Of a DNA stretch of 40,309 nucleotides, positions 9,457-19,770 are shown one piece after another. This stretch comes from a virus (taxonomy: Duplodnaviria > Caudoviricetes), in IMG/VR virus record IMGVR_UViG_3300037634_001140, positions 1-40,309 of that record; one strand, written 5' to 3'. The notes below the pieces were generated by a model that saw nothing but the letters and a program-made list of their open reading frames with translations, searched no databases and had not been told where the DNA came from. Each line of letters begins with the position of its first letter. Position 1 is the stretch's first letter. The translations under genes were made by a program, and so were the position numbers.

Positions 9457-9909
9457 TTATTTATTTTTATTAATGTATTCTTCATATTCTCTAAAATCTT
9501 TAGCTACAATCTCTTTTTCTAACCATTCTATATCTTGTGAGTTTGTAGGATTTTTATGTATATTTACAAATATTGATTCTTCATTTGCGTATATAACTCT
9601 TTTTGTTCCTGGTGTTGCAACCACATAACACGGAGCTATATAATCTTCTATAGTATTTTCTGTAGCAACAGATATGTGACCAGTTAATAAAAACCAAACA
9701 TGTAAATGTTTGTGAATTGCTCCAACAACAACTGATCCGGTTTTCATAGACATTTGTCTAACATATATGCCGTCCGCAAAAGTATGTTTTAATGGAAATA
9801 ATTCCGAGTCTTGATGAGTAACTATATCAACCTCATCGGCTTCACTTATCAACATCGATTGAAAATCTAAGATTTTCTTTCGAGAAGATAGCTTTATATC
9901 TTTATTCAT
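9457..9909 (-). CDS. Cupin-fold (double-stranded beta-helix) protein (150 aa)
   Basis: HTFADGIYVRQMSMKTGSVVVGAIHKHLHVWFLLTGHISV resembles cupin motif 1 (HxH). VATPGTKR resembles a degenerate motif 2. Confidence 0.65.
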   Translation of the reverse strand: MNKDIKLSSRKKILDFQSMLISEADEVDIVTHQDSELFPLKHTFADGIYVRQMSMKTGSVVVGAIHKHLHVWFLLTGHISVATENTIEDYIAPCYVVATPGTKRVIYANEESIFVNIHKNPTNSQDIEWLEKEIVAKDFREYEEYINKNK

Positions 9910-9927
9910 ATTTAATTTAATTTATAG

Positions 9928-9940
9928 TTAAATAATCACA
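9928..9940 (-). promoter_or_regulatory. Candidate phage promoter-like motif TGTGATTATTTAA upstream of the cupin and ejection genes
   Basis: Intergenic. A similar motif (TGTGATATTATAA) lies at 29416-29404, also ahead of a TTAAA-rich leader. Confidence 0.3.
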
Positions 9941-9951
9941 CTTTTTTGCAA

Positions 9952-10311
9952 TTATTTACTACTTTCAAACGTGTCTACACCAACACTAAATAACTCAGAA
10001 GTAGTAGTCGATGTATTTTTAAATTTAACTTCTGCATAATAACCTAAAATACTGCTTAGATTTGCTTTATTATCTTTACTAAATAATATAAAAGGAGTAC
10101 CAGGAACACTACCTATTAGTGCGTTTCCTACAGTAATAGTATTTGTGCCTTGGTTTATAGCTGTTATAACACCAATCTCAACTATATCAGTATGTAATCC
10201 GGTATTAAATCCTCCACTTGCTATTTGACTGTCTATATAATAAGCTGTATCACCAATTTGTACAGATGTATTTAATGTATTTGCGAATGTTAATGTTATT
10301 GTTGCTGGCAT
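9952..10311 (-). CDS. Hypothetical beta-rich tail-associated protein (119 aa)
   Basis: Starts 2 nt after the muzzle gene stop. Thr/Ile/Val-rich beta-type composition. C-terminal LGYYAEVKFKN...ELFSVG resembles the end of phage tail stabilisation proteins. Confidence 0.55.
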   Translation of the reverse strand: MPATITLTFANTLNTSVQIGDTAYYIDSQIASGGFNTGLHTDIVEIGVITAINQGTNTITVGNALIGSVPGTPFILFSKDNKANLSSILGYYAEVKFKNTSTTTSELFSVGVDTFESSK

Positions 10312-10313
10312 AT

Positions 10314-13300
10314 CTATGAAGTTACTGTTATAAAATTAGGTTGTATAATTATATTTCCATTAGGAGAAGCAGTACCATATTTCTTAACTCTAAGAGTACC
10401 TGTTACAGTCACCACACTAGTTGTAGCAGTTGCCGCAAGATTTATAAATTCATATTCCCAATCACTTGATATTCTTATTAACTCTCCAGCGGCCATACTC
10501 GCTGTTGTTGTAGCGTTAGATATTACAATATCTGCAGCATTAACCGTATTAACAACTGTATTAGCTGGTATTCTTCCTTGGCCATCATCATCTTCTACCT
10601 TCATACCAGTCTTAATACCAATTATACTAGTTATTTCTATCGTAGTTTGTCCTATAGCTTCACTTCCTGTAAGAGAATATGTTTTTTCAGCGCCAGTTAT
10701 ATCAAGAACAGAAGATGGTTGACGATTTAAAGCTACCGATGTTATACCTTCGTTTTTAGTCCAAGTAAATGAAAACGGATGATCTTGATTATAAGGTGTT
10801 GTTAGTTGTTGTTTGGTAGGCATACTAACAGCTGTAACAGTTGCAGCGGTGGTATTTGCAAGTGTACCTGGAGTAAGAGTAGCATTAACAGCTGGTGTTA
10901 TAAGTAAGTTTAATTCGTTTATAGCATCAGCTACACTCGCTGTATCAATAGTTAAAGCCGTTCCTCCAGTACCAGCCGCCATATATGCAGAGTATGTAGC
11001 AGTTTCACTTGTTGAAGGCATATCAATTATTACTTGTTGAGAAGCGCCTAGTGTATACGTAATAGTTTTTACGTGATCGGTTCCCGGAACACCTTCACCA
11101 GTAGCATCAAAAGTTTCGCTTACAAAATCATAATAATGTGTAAGAGCGCCCTTAGCTTCATTTAGTTTTACAAAGTACAATTTCGCATTACCAGCGGCAT
11201 TTGCGCCTGTAGTTACCGTTACTTGGCTACTTGGTAAAGCAGTTTCACTTGAAAGAGATAGCGAAGTAACTTTATTTCCTATGCTAGTGCGCGTTACAAG
11301 CGCTTGAGAACTGTAATTTAAACGTATATCGTGTATAAAGCTACAGAAATTACCCTCACCCGAGATAGGATCTGGATCTAAACCACTAACTCCAACTGGT
11401 GGTGTATAGTAAATTTTAACTTTAGTGCTTTCTATCATTCCGGAATTGTTCCCAGTGTAATAAGTATCTGTTACTGTAAAGTTATAGTAAGGTTCCCAAG
11501 GAGTATTTATCGCTCTAGTAAACCACAAAGGTTCTATACCTTTACTATTACTTCTAGGTACTAAATGATAACCGGCGTCAGCCGTTATAATATATTCAGC
11601 TATTTTAGTAGAAACCCCTTGTTGAACAGTTCCACTCCATTTATCAGTTGACATTTGGGCATTAGGAACAAAAGGTATGTTATCTGTTCTTGTTATTCCC
11701 GTAACAGGACTTTGAGGAACTATTGCAACCTTATCAACGCTAATACCGTTATCTTCTTGATATGTTACATGTAAGCAAGCTTCTCTATAAATCTTTCCAC
11801 CACCTGATAATGTTGCCGCGTGATCTACATCATAATATTTAATGTAATTGCTTGCGGGCATTGTAAAACTAGGATAATAAGCTCTCGCTCTTACAGTATT
11901 ACCAGGATCATTAGCTATACCAATATTTGTAAATTCAACTTTACTAACGCCACTTGAAACAGTATCACCAGAACTAAAAGTACTATCAGCATTCCAAGGA
12001 TTGCCTTCTCCTGTATCAGCATCTGCGGTATATATGTATACAGTTGAGTTTCCACTACCAGTAGTAGTAGTTATTCCACCTGGAACACTAAAATTAGCAG
12101 CATCTAAATTTAAACCAGAATAAGTAAGAACACCTTTAGAGTTTGCTGTAACATTAGTTATAATAGTATCTAAATAACCAGCGGCTATTGTGGCTCCAAC
12201 TACCCCAGTTCGAGTTAAATCTGGAGTGGTAGTCCAATCTGTAGAATCAGCACTTGCATCCCAAGTTGCTCCACTTGTTGGTGTTGCTCTAGGATACACC
12301 TGTATTGCGTATGGCGTTTCTGCAGTTCCATCAGTAGTAGTGCTCGCTAACGTATCTAATCCTTGAACTGAAAACTCTCGTTCATCTAAATTAGATAATG
12401 TTGTAGCAACACCTTTTATTGTACTAAACCACTTGCCTTCTTTATTTTTAAACTCTAAATCTTCAACTTCTTGTAAATCTGTAATAATAGATTCTGTATA
12501 CCAACCGGTTTTTGCATTTAAATTATAGTATTCTTTATCTGTATAACTAACACCACCTTGACTTACAGTTGTAAATTGAGTAATTCTTGCTTGTGAACCT
12601 TCGTAATTTATTGTTCCAAAACTTTTTACAGCTCCAGGTTGATCATTAAACATTAGTGTAACATCAGAATAATATTGGGTTCCATAAAAATTATTAGCTG
12701 TAGCGTTGGTATGATGTTGCCACATACTACCCTCATTCCATGTGTAGTATTCATTATTCATGCTGACGCCATGTTCTGGACCAAACGATTTAAAACTTAC
12801 CCAACCTTTTGTTAATTCATTAAAACTAACTGTTGTTTTAACTGATCTAAATTGTTGATACCAATTTTTAGTTCCAAATGTTAAATTATATTCGTTCTTT
12901 TTATCATCATATGTACCTACAATTTCTGATATGTCTTGAAGATTATCATTAAAATAATCTTTCATACCAATATCAGATATACTTCTAATAGTTGCATTGC
13001 CTTCTAAACTTAACACTTGGCCTCTCATTTGATCACACCAATACATACCATGTGGTGTTACTGCTAGTGATTCTGGATTTGTAGAAATTCCATAATCACC
13101 CATTATTGGCGTAGCTTGACCTATAACTTTATTACTAGCTATTAGTTGTGGATTTCCATCAGCTTTATATATAGCGTCTTTATCTGTTGTTAAATTTAAA
13201 ACTTTATCTTCACAAAAAGCTATTGTATTAGTATCTCTACCTACAAGCCTTTGTAGTGTTCCGTGTCTAGGACTTAAGTCTTTTGTTATTGGTTCTGCTT

Positions 13301-16300
13301 GTATAAATTGATTAAGATTATTAACTCCACTTGTTGAGTTAAATATACCAGACCATATTAATCCACTACTTCTATGTTCTTCAGCATAAGGTTCTGCTAA
13401 AACAGTAGATGCTTTAACACCATTTCTAAGTTGAGGAGCGTTATAGTCATCTCTAACTCTATCAGATTCTATACCGTTACCAAATTGCCAACAATTATGA
13501 AAACCTAATACTAGAGGTTGATGATGAGGTGCTCTCCAAGGTTGATAAGCAAAAGGTGTTGCTGTGTTATAAGGCTGTTTACCAGTGACAACTTGAATGA
13601 TTGTATCGTTATCACTTGCAGCGCTTCCAGAATAAGTAACTATTTTACTACCATCATATCTATTTATTCTAATCCATCTATCAATAGCTAAATCAGATGT
13701 TAGCGCTGGTGATAATGTTAAATTTGTTAAATCTCCATTAGAAGGTTGATTAACCGCTGTAACTGTAAAGTTTATTACCTCACCAAATGTATCTGACGCA
13801 GCATCATCATCAACGTGTAAATTTCCAGATGAATCTGTAAGCTGTAACGTAGAATATAAAGGTATTAATAATTCGTTATTTCTATGAGTAACATCTAATG
13901 GTATTGAGCCAGACGCTTCATAATATATGTCTAATCCAATATCTTCTTTTGGTTCTGTTTCCCATATAGCTGGATCTTCAGTTGACATGATAGAACCACC
14001 AGCCATTATATTAAGATCTTGTTGTAAAATATCTATTGGCGTAGTAGTTGATCCATCAGGTCTATTCGCACTCAATGGATCCCAAGTTGCAACATCTACA
14101 ACTCCAAAATATGGTCCTGGCATGATTACCCCATCTAATCTTTCAAACCTAATAACCATTTGTCTTTTTTGACAGTGTGACTTACTAGTATTACAAGTTT
14201 TGCAAGTAGTATAACGATGATAATTATATGCGGTTCTTTCACCACGTCTATTTCTTACTATATACACGGTACGAGTAGGATCAGCTCTAAATCTAAATAG
14301 AGTTCCAGCTGTTCTCATTGCACGGTGAAGTCGTAGAGCAGAGTGAGTTGATCCTAAATCACCATCAGCAGGGTCTAATCTATCCCATCCACCATTAAAA
14401 CCAAGATGTAATTGACTGTGATCTGAAAAATGTTGAAAACAACCATAGGTAGAATTCGAAGAACCTCCACCATAAGTAGTAGGCGACGAAGATTGCATCA
14501 TATGTGTTGAACTAACACCAGGATATGAGTTGTGAAATCCACTTCCCGTTGTCCAACCATCACCTACTCTATGTCCTGCGCCGTCTATATACCAATTATT
14601 TCTTTGTCCAGATGTATCTGTTCTCCATTTCCAATACTGTTTTGTTCTTGTTCTAGCGTCACAATCTCCCATTCGACCACTACTAACACCGAAAGAACCA
14701 GTCATATCGTAGAAATCATAACTATTACTATTTCTCCATCCATCATCTTCACCACCACCACGGTGATATGTATGATTTGATTGATTTGCAGATGGATGTA
14801 ATCCCTCCGATTTATCAGGATGTGTTATAAGACCCACGTTGAAAGTATCTATTATTGTAAAACTTGAACTATCCTCAAACTCTCTCATTACAGCTTGTTG
14901 TAATAGTAAATCTTTATATACTTTTACAAAAAATCTTCCATCAAATTCTGGTCTAGGTTCTACGATGTGCTCTATAATTTGTACAGAATATGTTGGACTT
15001 GTAAAATTATCAGTTTGGTCAGCAGTATCACCAATAGCTTGATCTATTTTTATAGATATGTTTCCACTAATAACTCTTATAGCTACAATACCAACAAACT
15101 CAGATCCCGCAATATCATTTCCTTCTGACGCGGTTATTCTTGCAAAAGCATTACCACGTGCTATTTTAGGATATGTGGTAGTTAAAAAATCACTACCAAA
15201 AGCAGCGTAAAAAGTGGCATCATCAACTAGTATATTAGTTGCTACAGCAAGACCCCCTCCCGTTGTATCAAGTGTAGCTGCGGAACCGTGTGGCTTTTTT
15301 TCTGTTTTAACAAAAAGTGGTGCGTCTTCTGATATAGCTATTACTTTATATCTACCAGTTTCATATACAGCTTTATTGGCATCATGTTCATTTTTAAGTA
15401 TTAAGAATGTTTCTTCGTCGACTTTATTTCTTTCTGCAGAAGGAAACGATAACCAAACGTTACCATCTTCAGCATCGTACCAACGATCCATTGCTAAATT
15501 ATAATATTCGTTTGAAGTTTCTTTTACATAATACTTCATGTACTTAGCCCAAACTGGAGGTGGTGATGAGGGATTTAATCTAGCCCTTAAACTATTAGAA
15601 TATGCAGACCATTTTTTATCTAGTGTTATACTACTACTTTCTTTTGGCACTTGCACGGGTGTTTCTCTTCCGTATTCATCAGCAAAAACAACCCCAATTT
15701 GATAAGTTCTTAATGTTTTACAAGATTTTTGAGGTTCCTCTATATCTGAGAAAGATCTTGAATGCCAAATATGACTCCAGTCTATATCTAACTTTAGATC
15801 AGCGTTTATATCATAATTTTGTTTATAATTACCATATACTAATCTATTTGATGACATCTCCTGAGTTAATGCTGACTTAGGAACATTATCCCAAGGTCTT
15901 AATAATTGATTAGAAGGAATAACCGCATGAATCATTTCTGATGTTAACACGTAATTACCTCTGTTATAATTACTAGACGCTCTATCTGGCCATTGCGGTG
16001 CGCCATCTTTTCTTTTTACTTCTTTAACCGTGTATATATTTGTACTACCCTCTTCTTTGTATAATAGATCTACTTGAACAACATCTTTTGGTATTAAAGC
16101 AAATTCATGGAAATAGTTTTTAAGTTTTAAACTTCTCAATCTATTTGTCATACCTAAGTTATAGCCTTTCTTTGCCATGTAATCAAAATCACCTGGTAGA
16201 AAAGCAACTTCAGTCCAAGGAGCAAAACACGAATATTCACCATCTTGGTATTTCCATCTATATGAAAATCTAGGGAACTTAAACTCAAATAATGTTGGTT

Positions 16301-17801
16301 TGTCTTCTAATCTTACCATCCAATTTTGATCAGTATCTGGAACCGTACTAGATATTGATAAAACACTTATATCATAAGGACCAACGCTTCCACCGTTGTT
16401 AGGCATTCCACTAGGTGCATCCTTTACAGTAACCCTAACAAGAGCATTGTCTTCTGGAAAATTTTGTGGTGGTAAAGTTAAATCATTACAATAAATCAAA
16501 ACATCTCCAACTCTAAAGTCGACAGGATCTGAAAAATAGACACCAGAAATAAAATGATCTACTTCAAATGGTTCGTCATCATTATCAGTCCATTTCGTTG
16601 TAGCAGTTGCACCTGAAGAGGTACCAGTTTGAGAATATACTAGATTTGCTGTTGGTTCTGGAGTTGTAGCGGTTGGATCAGGAGTTCTATCTATAGAGGT
16701 AGTAGACATTTCTAATTCTAAAGGAAACTTAGGGGATTTTTTTATTACCGTTATATTTTCTAAAGTTGACCATTCTGGTCTAACATTTTGTCTATTTAAG
16801 GCGGTTTCGTAACCAAAAAGATCGGCGGTACTAATAACTACCCTAGTATGAAAATTAGCATTACCACCAGCGTCTGCTGCATTGATAACTCCAGAAGCAA
16901 GAGTGTTTCCAGTATTACTAGCGTGACTACCTAGTTGGGCATCTGTCCAACCAAGCGCTTGTGTTGTTCCACCTGTACCCAGTATACTTCTTTCAATATG
17001 TATTTTCTTAGGTTCACTAATGCCGTCTGTCCAAAATATCATTCCATCTAAGTGATTTATAGAATGTATTTTTTGTAATGCTTCAAATTGAAGTACTCTT
17101 TCCCCAAATTCAGATTGAAAATATATACTTTCACTTGCGGCTATTGGTAAAACTGCACCACTAGAACCATTATCCCATAAATAATCATGATAAATTTTCC
17201 ATCTACTATTACCAGTGTCATATACAACATCTGTTACTAATACATTGTCAGAGATATATATTGAATATGTAGATCCATTAGTTATAGTAGCGCTTCTAAC
17301 GGTTATACTACCACCTGTATTATTTGTAAATGTACCACTAATATGCATGCCAACTCTAACACCGGTTGTATTTGTTGAACTTCCACCATCTGGTATAGTA
17401 AAGTATTTATTTGAAGTATTAGCTAAGCTTTGTGTTGTCTTTACGCTATATATATCTACAAATACATATTTTGTAGTTTTTAATATTGTATTATATTCTA
17501 TAATATAATCTTTTTTCACTAGAGGTTGATAGCCCTTCATACCACCACCAGCTACAAAATAATATATTAAATCTTTTTCAGGAAGAGGCATAACACCAAC
17601 ACAAGTAGAGTAATCATCTGGAACAACACCATCAGTTACTTCACTATTACCCAATAGCGTTTGTAAAGATCCTACATCAGAACCGTCAGATGTAGATATC
17701 TGTATATTATTGGCATCACGATATTGACCAGCGGGTACAACCCTCTCGTCCATATCTTTATTCATCTTTGCCCCAGAAAAATCTCTTTTAAATTCAGCCA
17801 T
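10314..17801 (-). CDS. Tail muzzle/nozzle ('stabilisation') protein with large insertions and a C-terminal extension (2495 aa)
   Basis: N-terminal FSGAKMNKDMDERVVPAGQYRDANNI, then IFWTDGISEPKKI, NRLVYGNYKQ, YQIGVVFADEYGRETPV, GDYGISTNPES, GWVSFKSF and KEGKWF. I recognise these motifs from crAss-like/P22 gp10-like tail proteins. Located after the ring genes and before the ejection genes. Confidence 0.75.
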   Translation of the reverse strand: MAEFKRDFSGAKMNKDMDERVVPAGQYRDANNIQISTSDGSDVGSLQTLLGNSEVTDGVVPDDYSTCVGVMPLPEKDLIYYFVAGGGMKGYQPLVKKDYIIEYNTILKTTKYVFVDIYSVKTTQSLANTSNKYFTIPDGGSSTNTTGVRVGMHISGTFTNNTGGSITVRSATITNGSTYSIYISDNVLVTDVVYDTGNSRWKIYHDYLWDNGSSGAVLPIAASESIYFQSEFGERVLQFEALQKIHSINHLDGMIFWTDGISEPKKIHIERSILGTGGTTQALGWTDAQLGSHASNTGNTLASGVINAADAGGNANFHTRVVISTADLFGYETALNRQNVRPEWSTLENITVIKKSPKFPLELEMSTTSIDRTPDPTATTPEPTANLVYSQTGTSSGATATTKWTDNDDEPFEVDHFISGVYFSDPVDFRVGDVLIYCNDLTLPPQNFPEDNALVRVTVKDAPSGMPNNGGSVGPYDISVLSISSTVPDTDQNWMVRLEDKPTLFEFKFPRFSYRWKYQDGEYSCFAPWTEVAFLPGDFDYMAKKGYNLGMTNRLRSLKLKNYFHEFALIPKDVVQVDLLYKEEGSTNIYTVKEVKRKDGAPQWPDRASSNYNRGNYVLTSEMIHAVIPSNQLLRPWDNVPKSALTQEMSSNRLVYGNYKQNYDINADLKLDIDWSHIWHSRSFSDIEEPQKSCKTLRTYQIGVVFADEYGRETPVQVPKESSSITLDKKWSAYSNSLRARLNPSSPPPVWAKYMKYYVKETSNEYYNLAMDRWYDAEDGNVWLSFPSAERNKVDEETFLILKNEHDANKAVYETGRYKVIAISEDAPLFVKTEKKPHGSAATLDTTGGGLAVATNILVDDATFYAAFGSDFLTTTYPKIARGNAFARITASEGNDIAGSEFVGIVAIRVISGNISIKIDQAIGDTADQTDNFTSPTYSVQIIEHIVEPRPEFDGRFFVKVYKDLLLQQAVMREFEDSSSFTIIDTFNVGLITHPDKSEGLHPSANQSNHTYHRGGGEDDGWRNSNSYDFYDMTGSFGVSSGRMGDCDARTRTKQYWKWRTDTSGQRNNWYIDGAGHRVGDGWTTGSGFHNSYPGVSSTHMMQSSSPTTYGGGSSNSTYGCFQHFSDHSQLHLGFNGGWDRLDPADGDLGSTHSALRLHRAMRTAGTLFRFRADPTRTVYIVRNRRGERTAYNYHRYTTCKTCNTSKSHCQKRQMVIRFERLDGVIMPGPYFGVVDVATWDPLSANRPDGSTTTPIDILQQDLNIMAGGSIMSTEDPAIWETEPKEDIGLDIYYEASGSIPLDVTHRNNELLIPLYSTLQLTDSSGNLHVDDDAASDTFGEVINFTVTAVNQPSNGDLTNLTLSPALTSDLAIDRWIRINRYDGSKIVTYSGSAASDNDTIIQVVTGKQPYNTATPFAYQPWRAPHHQPLVLGFHNCWQFGNGIESDRVRDDYNAPQLRNGVKASTVLAEPYAEEHRSSGLIWSGIFNSTSGVNNLNQFIQAEPITKDLSPRHGTLQRLVGRDTNTIAFCEDKVLNLTTDKDAIYKADGNPQLIASNKVIGQATPIMGDYGISTNPESLAVTPHGMYWCDQMRGQVLSLEGNATIRSISDIGMKDYFNDNLQDISEIVGTYDDKKNEYNLTFGTKNWYQQFRSVKTTVSFNELTKGWVSFKSFGPEHGVSMNNEYYTWNEGSMWQHHTNATANNFYGTQYYSDVTLMFNDQPGAVKSFGTINYEGSQARITQFTTVSQGGVSYTDKEYYNLNAKTGWYTESIITDLQEVEDLEFKNKEGKWFSTIKGVATTLSNLDEREFSVQGLDTLASTTTDGTAETPYAIQVYPRATPTSGATWDASADSTDWTTTPDLTRTGVVGATIAAGYLDTIITNVTANSKGVLTYSGLNLDAANFSVPGGITTTTGSGNSTVYIYTADADTGEGNPWNADSTFSSGDTVSSGVSKVEFTNIGIANDPGNTVRARAYYPSFTMPASNYIKYYDVDHAATLSGGGKIYREACLHVTYQEDNGISVDKVAIVPQSPVTGITRTDNIPFVPNAQMSTDKWSGTVQQGVSTKIAEYIITADAGYHLVPRSNSKGIEPLWFTRAINTPWEPYYNFTVTDTYYTGNNSGMIESTKVKIYYTPPVGVSGLDPDPISGEGNFCSFIHDIRLNYSSQALVTRTSIGNKVTSLSLSSETALPSSQVTVTTGANAAGNAKLYFVKLNEAKGALTHYYDFVSETFDATGEGVPGTDHVKTITYTLGASQQVIIDMPSTSETATYSAYMAAGTGGTALTIDTASVADAINELNLLITPAVNATLTPGTLANTTAATVTAVSMPTKQQLTTPYNQDHPFSFTWTKNEGITSVALNRQPSSVLDITGAEKTYSLTGSEAIGQTTIEITSIIGIKTGMKVEDDDGQGRIPANTVVNTVNAADIVISNATTTASMAAGELIRISSDWEYEFINLAATATTSVVTVTGTLRVKKYGTASPNGNIIIQPNFITVTS

Positions 17802-17809
17802 GCTATATT

Positions 17810-18769
17810 TTAGTGTTTAATCCATTTAGATTTACCTCTCATAATCTGAGTAATTTCTTCTATTTTAATTTCAGATAATCTTATTTTTGCTTTTCTTGTT
17901 TCAGCCCACTTTTCTTTTTTAAGTAGTTGTAGCATGTTGTGATCAACTTTTGCTCGTCCTTGCATACACCCGTATAGTATATGTTTTACCATAGCTTCTT
18001 GAGCAAACTTATGAACTATAAAATCTTGTTCAGGATTTGTTTCTGTAGCCCATGGTGATCCAGTATCTGTCCCAGCTTGTAAAACCCCAACACCATCACT
18101 TATATACTTTAAAGTTATAGTTTTTCCAGAACAATTACTACTAAAATGAATTCTTCCTTTGGCATAGTCTATATAAAAAGAACCATTAGCATTCATTTGT
18201 TTAGGTTCTGCTCCATAAATCATACCATGATTAAATTCTAATAAATCACGATCATCATCATTATTGTTATTATTAGTTGACGCGGCCGCTTTATAATCAG
18301 TCCATGTATTAGATTCACTAGCCGTGGTAGCTGTATTAGAACCATCAAACTGTAAATAGTAATTAGCGTCTTGAAGATATGCCTCTGGATTAGATGTTAT
18401 TATCGCTGGGTATAAAGTGTGCTCTATACCAGTAGAATCTTTCCAAGTTACTTTAGTATATCCTACGTAATCATGTGGCAAAGCCATTAATAAAGAAGGA
18501 GGTATTTCTATCTCCATTGATTTTGTTGATCTAAAGGTATCAAAACTTAGTTCTTGTAATGCTCTATGAGCATGGTATTTTACATCTGATTCTCTAGTAC
18601 CTTCTAACATTTTTTCTGGTCCACAGTAAGTTGCCACTACATCGCTAACGACATCACCAATTTTCATAAATTGATAATTACCATACTGTAAATCATCTCC
18701 GGTTAATTGTACACCATCTTTACCTTCGTAATATTGCTCGTGGGTTAGTGTTATTAGATTATCTGCCAT
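17810..18769 (-). CDS. Putative tail ring/tubular (gatekeeper) protein (319 aa)
   Basis: VKYHAHRALQELSFD...LPHDYVGYTKV...ITLKYISDG. Position between the head genes and the muzzle. Confidence 0.6.
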   Translation of the reverse strand: MADNLITLTHEQYYEGKDGVQLTGDDLQYGNYQFMKIGDVVSDVVATYCGPEKMLEGTRESDVKYHAHRALQELSFDTFRSTKSMEIEIPPSLLMALPHDYVGYTKVTWKDSTGIEHTLYPAIITSNPEAYLQDANYYLQFDGSNTATTASESNTWTDYKAAASTNNNNNDDDRDLLEFNHGMIYGAEPKQMNANGSFYIDYAKGRIHFSSNCSGKTITLKYISDGVGVLQAGTDTGSPWATETNPEQDFIVHKFAQEAMVKHILYGCMQGRAKVDHNMLQLLKKEKWAETRKAKIRLSEIKIEEITQIMRGKSKWIKH

Positions 18770-18775
18770 GTTTTA

Positions 18776-19603
18776 TTATTTTGTTTGTGCTTCGTTTTGT
18801 TGTTCTTCGTTCGATGCTATTTGAACTAAACCAGGTTTATTTATTGTAATACCAGCTAATTCCAATATCTTTATAACTAAATTAGTTTCTTCTGATCTAT
18901 GCATGTTAAAATCTGTAGACGCCGCAGCGCTATATAAAGCTTTTTCATTTACAACTACATATCCCCATTCAACCGCTCTAGGTACCACAGCTATAACTTC
19001 AATTTTTAATTTACCAGCTGATGTTATAGGAGCATTTGTTCCATCGCCTTCTGAATACAAACTATAGCTACCGTCTAAATTCTCTGTATAAAGAATTCTA
19101 GCAGTATCAGTAGAATGCCATCTACTATTGCTTTTAGCAGCAAAATTTTCAGTAATTGCTTCTAAATCATTTTTATTAATAAGTTCTAATGGGATAGACG
19201 ATCCATTTGTACCAGAATAGTACATTCGTCCAGTTCTGTATATTGAGCTGCTTAATGCTGGTAATTTATAACACTTGTTTGTGCTATCAACTGTTAAAGC
19301 AACATCTGTACCTTTGTATATAGATATTTTTTCTCTAAGAATATTTACTGTGTCACCAAAATCTGGTGCCATTTCAACGTTGGCACCTGGTTGTTTTTGT
19401 TCTTCACCTCTTGACTTCAAAGCTGTCATTGTTGCTAAATCATAGAAATATTGTTCAAATATATCTAATTGCGCTTGGTTAGCGTGTAAGTTAAATTCTT
19501 GTGGCGTAATATAGCCTCTTTGCTCTTTGTTAGCTAATGCTAAAACTCTTTGATAAACTGTATCTATACTTATAGTCGTTTGACCAGCTACTATTATTGC
19601 CAT
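18776..19603 (-). CDS. Putative head-tail adaptor/ring protein (275 aa)
   Basis: VYQRVLALANKEQRGYITPQEFNLHANQAQLDIFEQYF N-terminus and LVIKILELAGITI C-terminus, resembling crAss-like ring proteins. Supported by synteny. Confidence 0.6.
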   Translation of the reverse strand: MAIIVAGQTTISIDTVYQRVLALANKEQRGYITPQEFNLHANQAQLDIFEQYFYDLATMTALKSRGEEQKQPGANVEMAPDFGDTVNILREKISIYKGTDVALTVDSTNKCYKLPALSSSIYRTGRMYYSGTNGSSIPLELINKNDLEAITENFAAKSNSRWHSTDTARILYTENLDGSYSLYSEGDGTNAPITSAGKLKIEVIAVVPRAVEWGYVVVNEKALYSAAASTDFNMHRSEETNLVIKILELAGITINKPGLVQIASNEEQQNEAQTK

Positions 19604-19608
19604 GTATT

Positions 19609-19758
19609 TTAATTTTTATATGGAAACCACCGGTTTAATATATCTCTTCTAGTTTCACATCCACAATCGTTTTCTTTAAATAACATTTTTATAAAAAGTT
19701 TTACACCAAGAAATTGAGTTATTTTGTGAACCGTATCTCCAAAACCTTTAGATTTCAT
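19609..19758 (-). CDS. Small CxC-containing protein (49 aa), below the ORF-track length cut-off
   Basis: Manual translation: MKSKGFGDTVHKITQFLGVKLFIKMLFKENDCGCETRRDILNRWFPYKN*. It fills the gap between neighbouring genes and has an A-rich leader. Confidence 0.75.
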   Translation of the reverse strand: MKSKGFGDTVHKITQFLGVKLFIKMLFKENDCGCETRRDILNRWFPYKN

Positions 19759-19770
19759 TTTTTTTATTTA

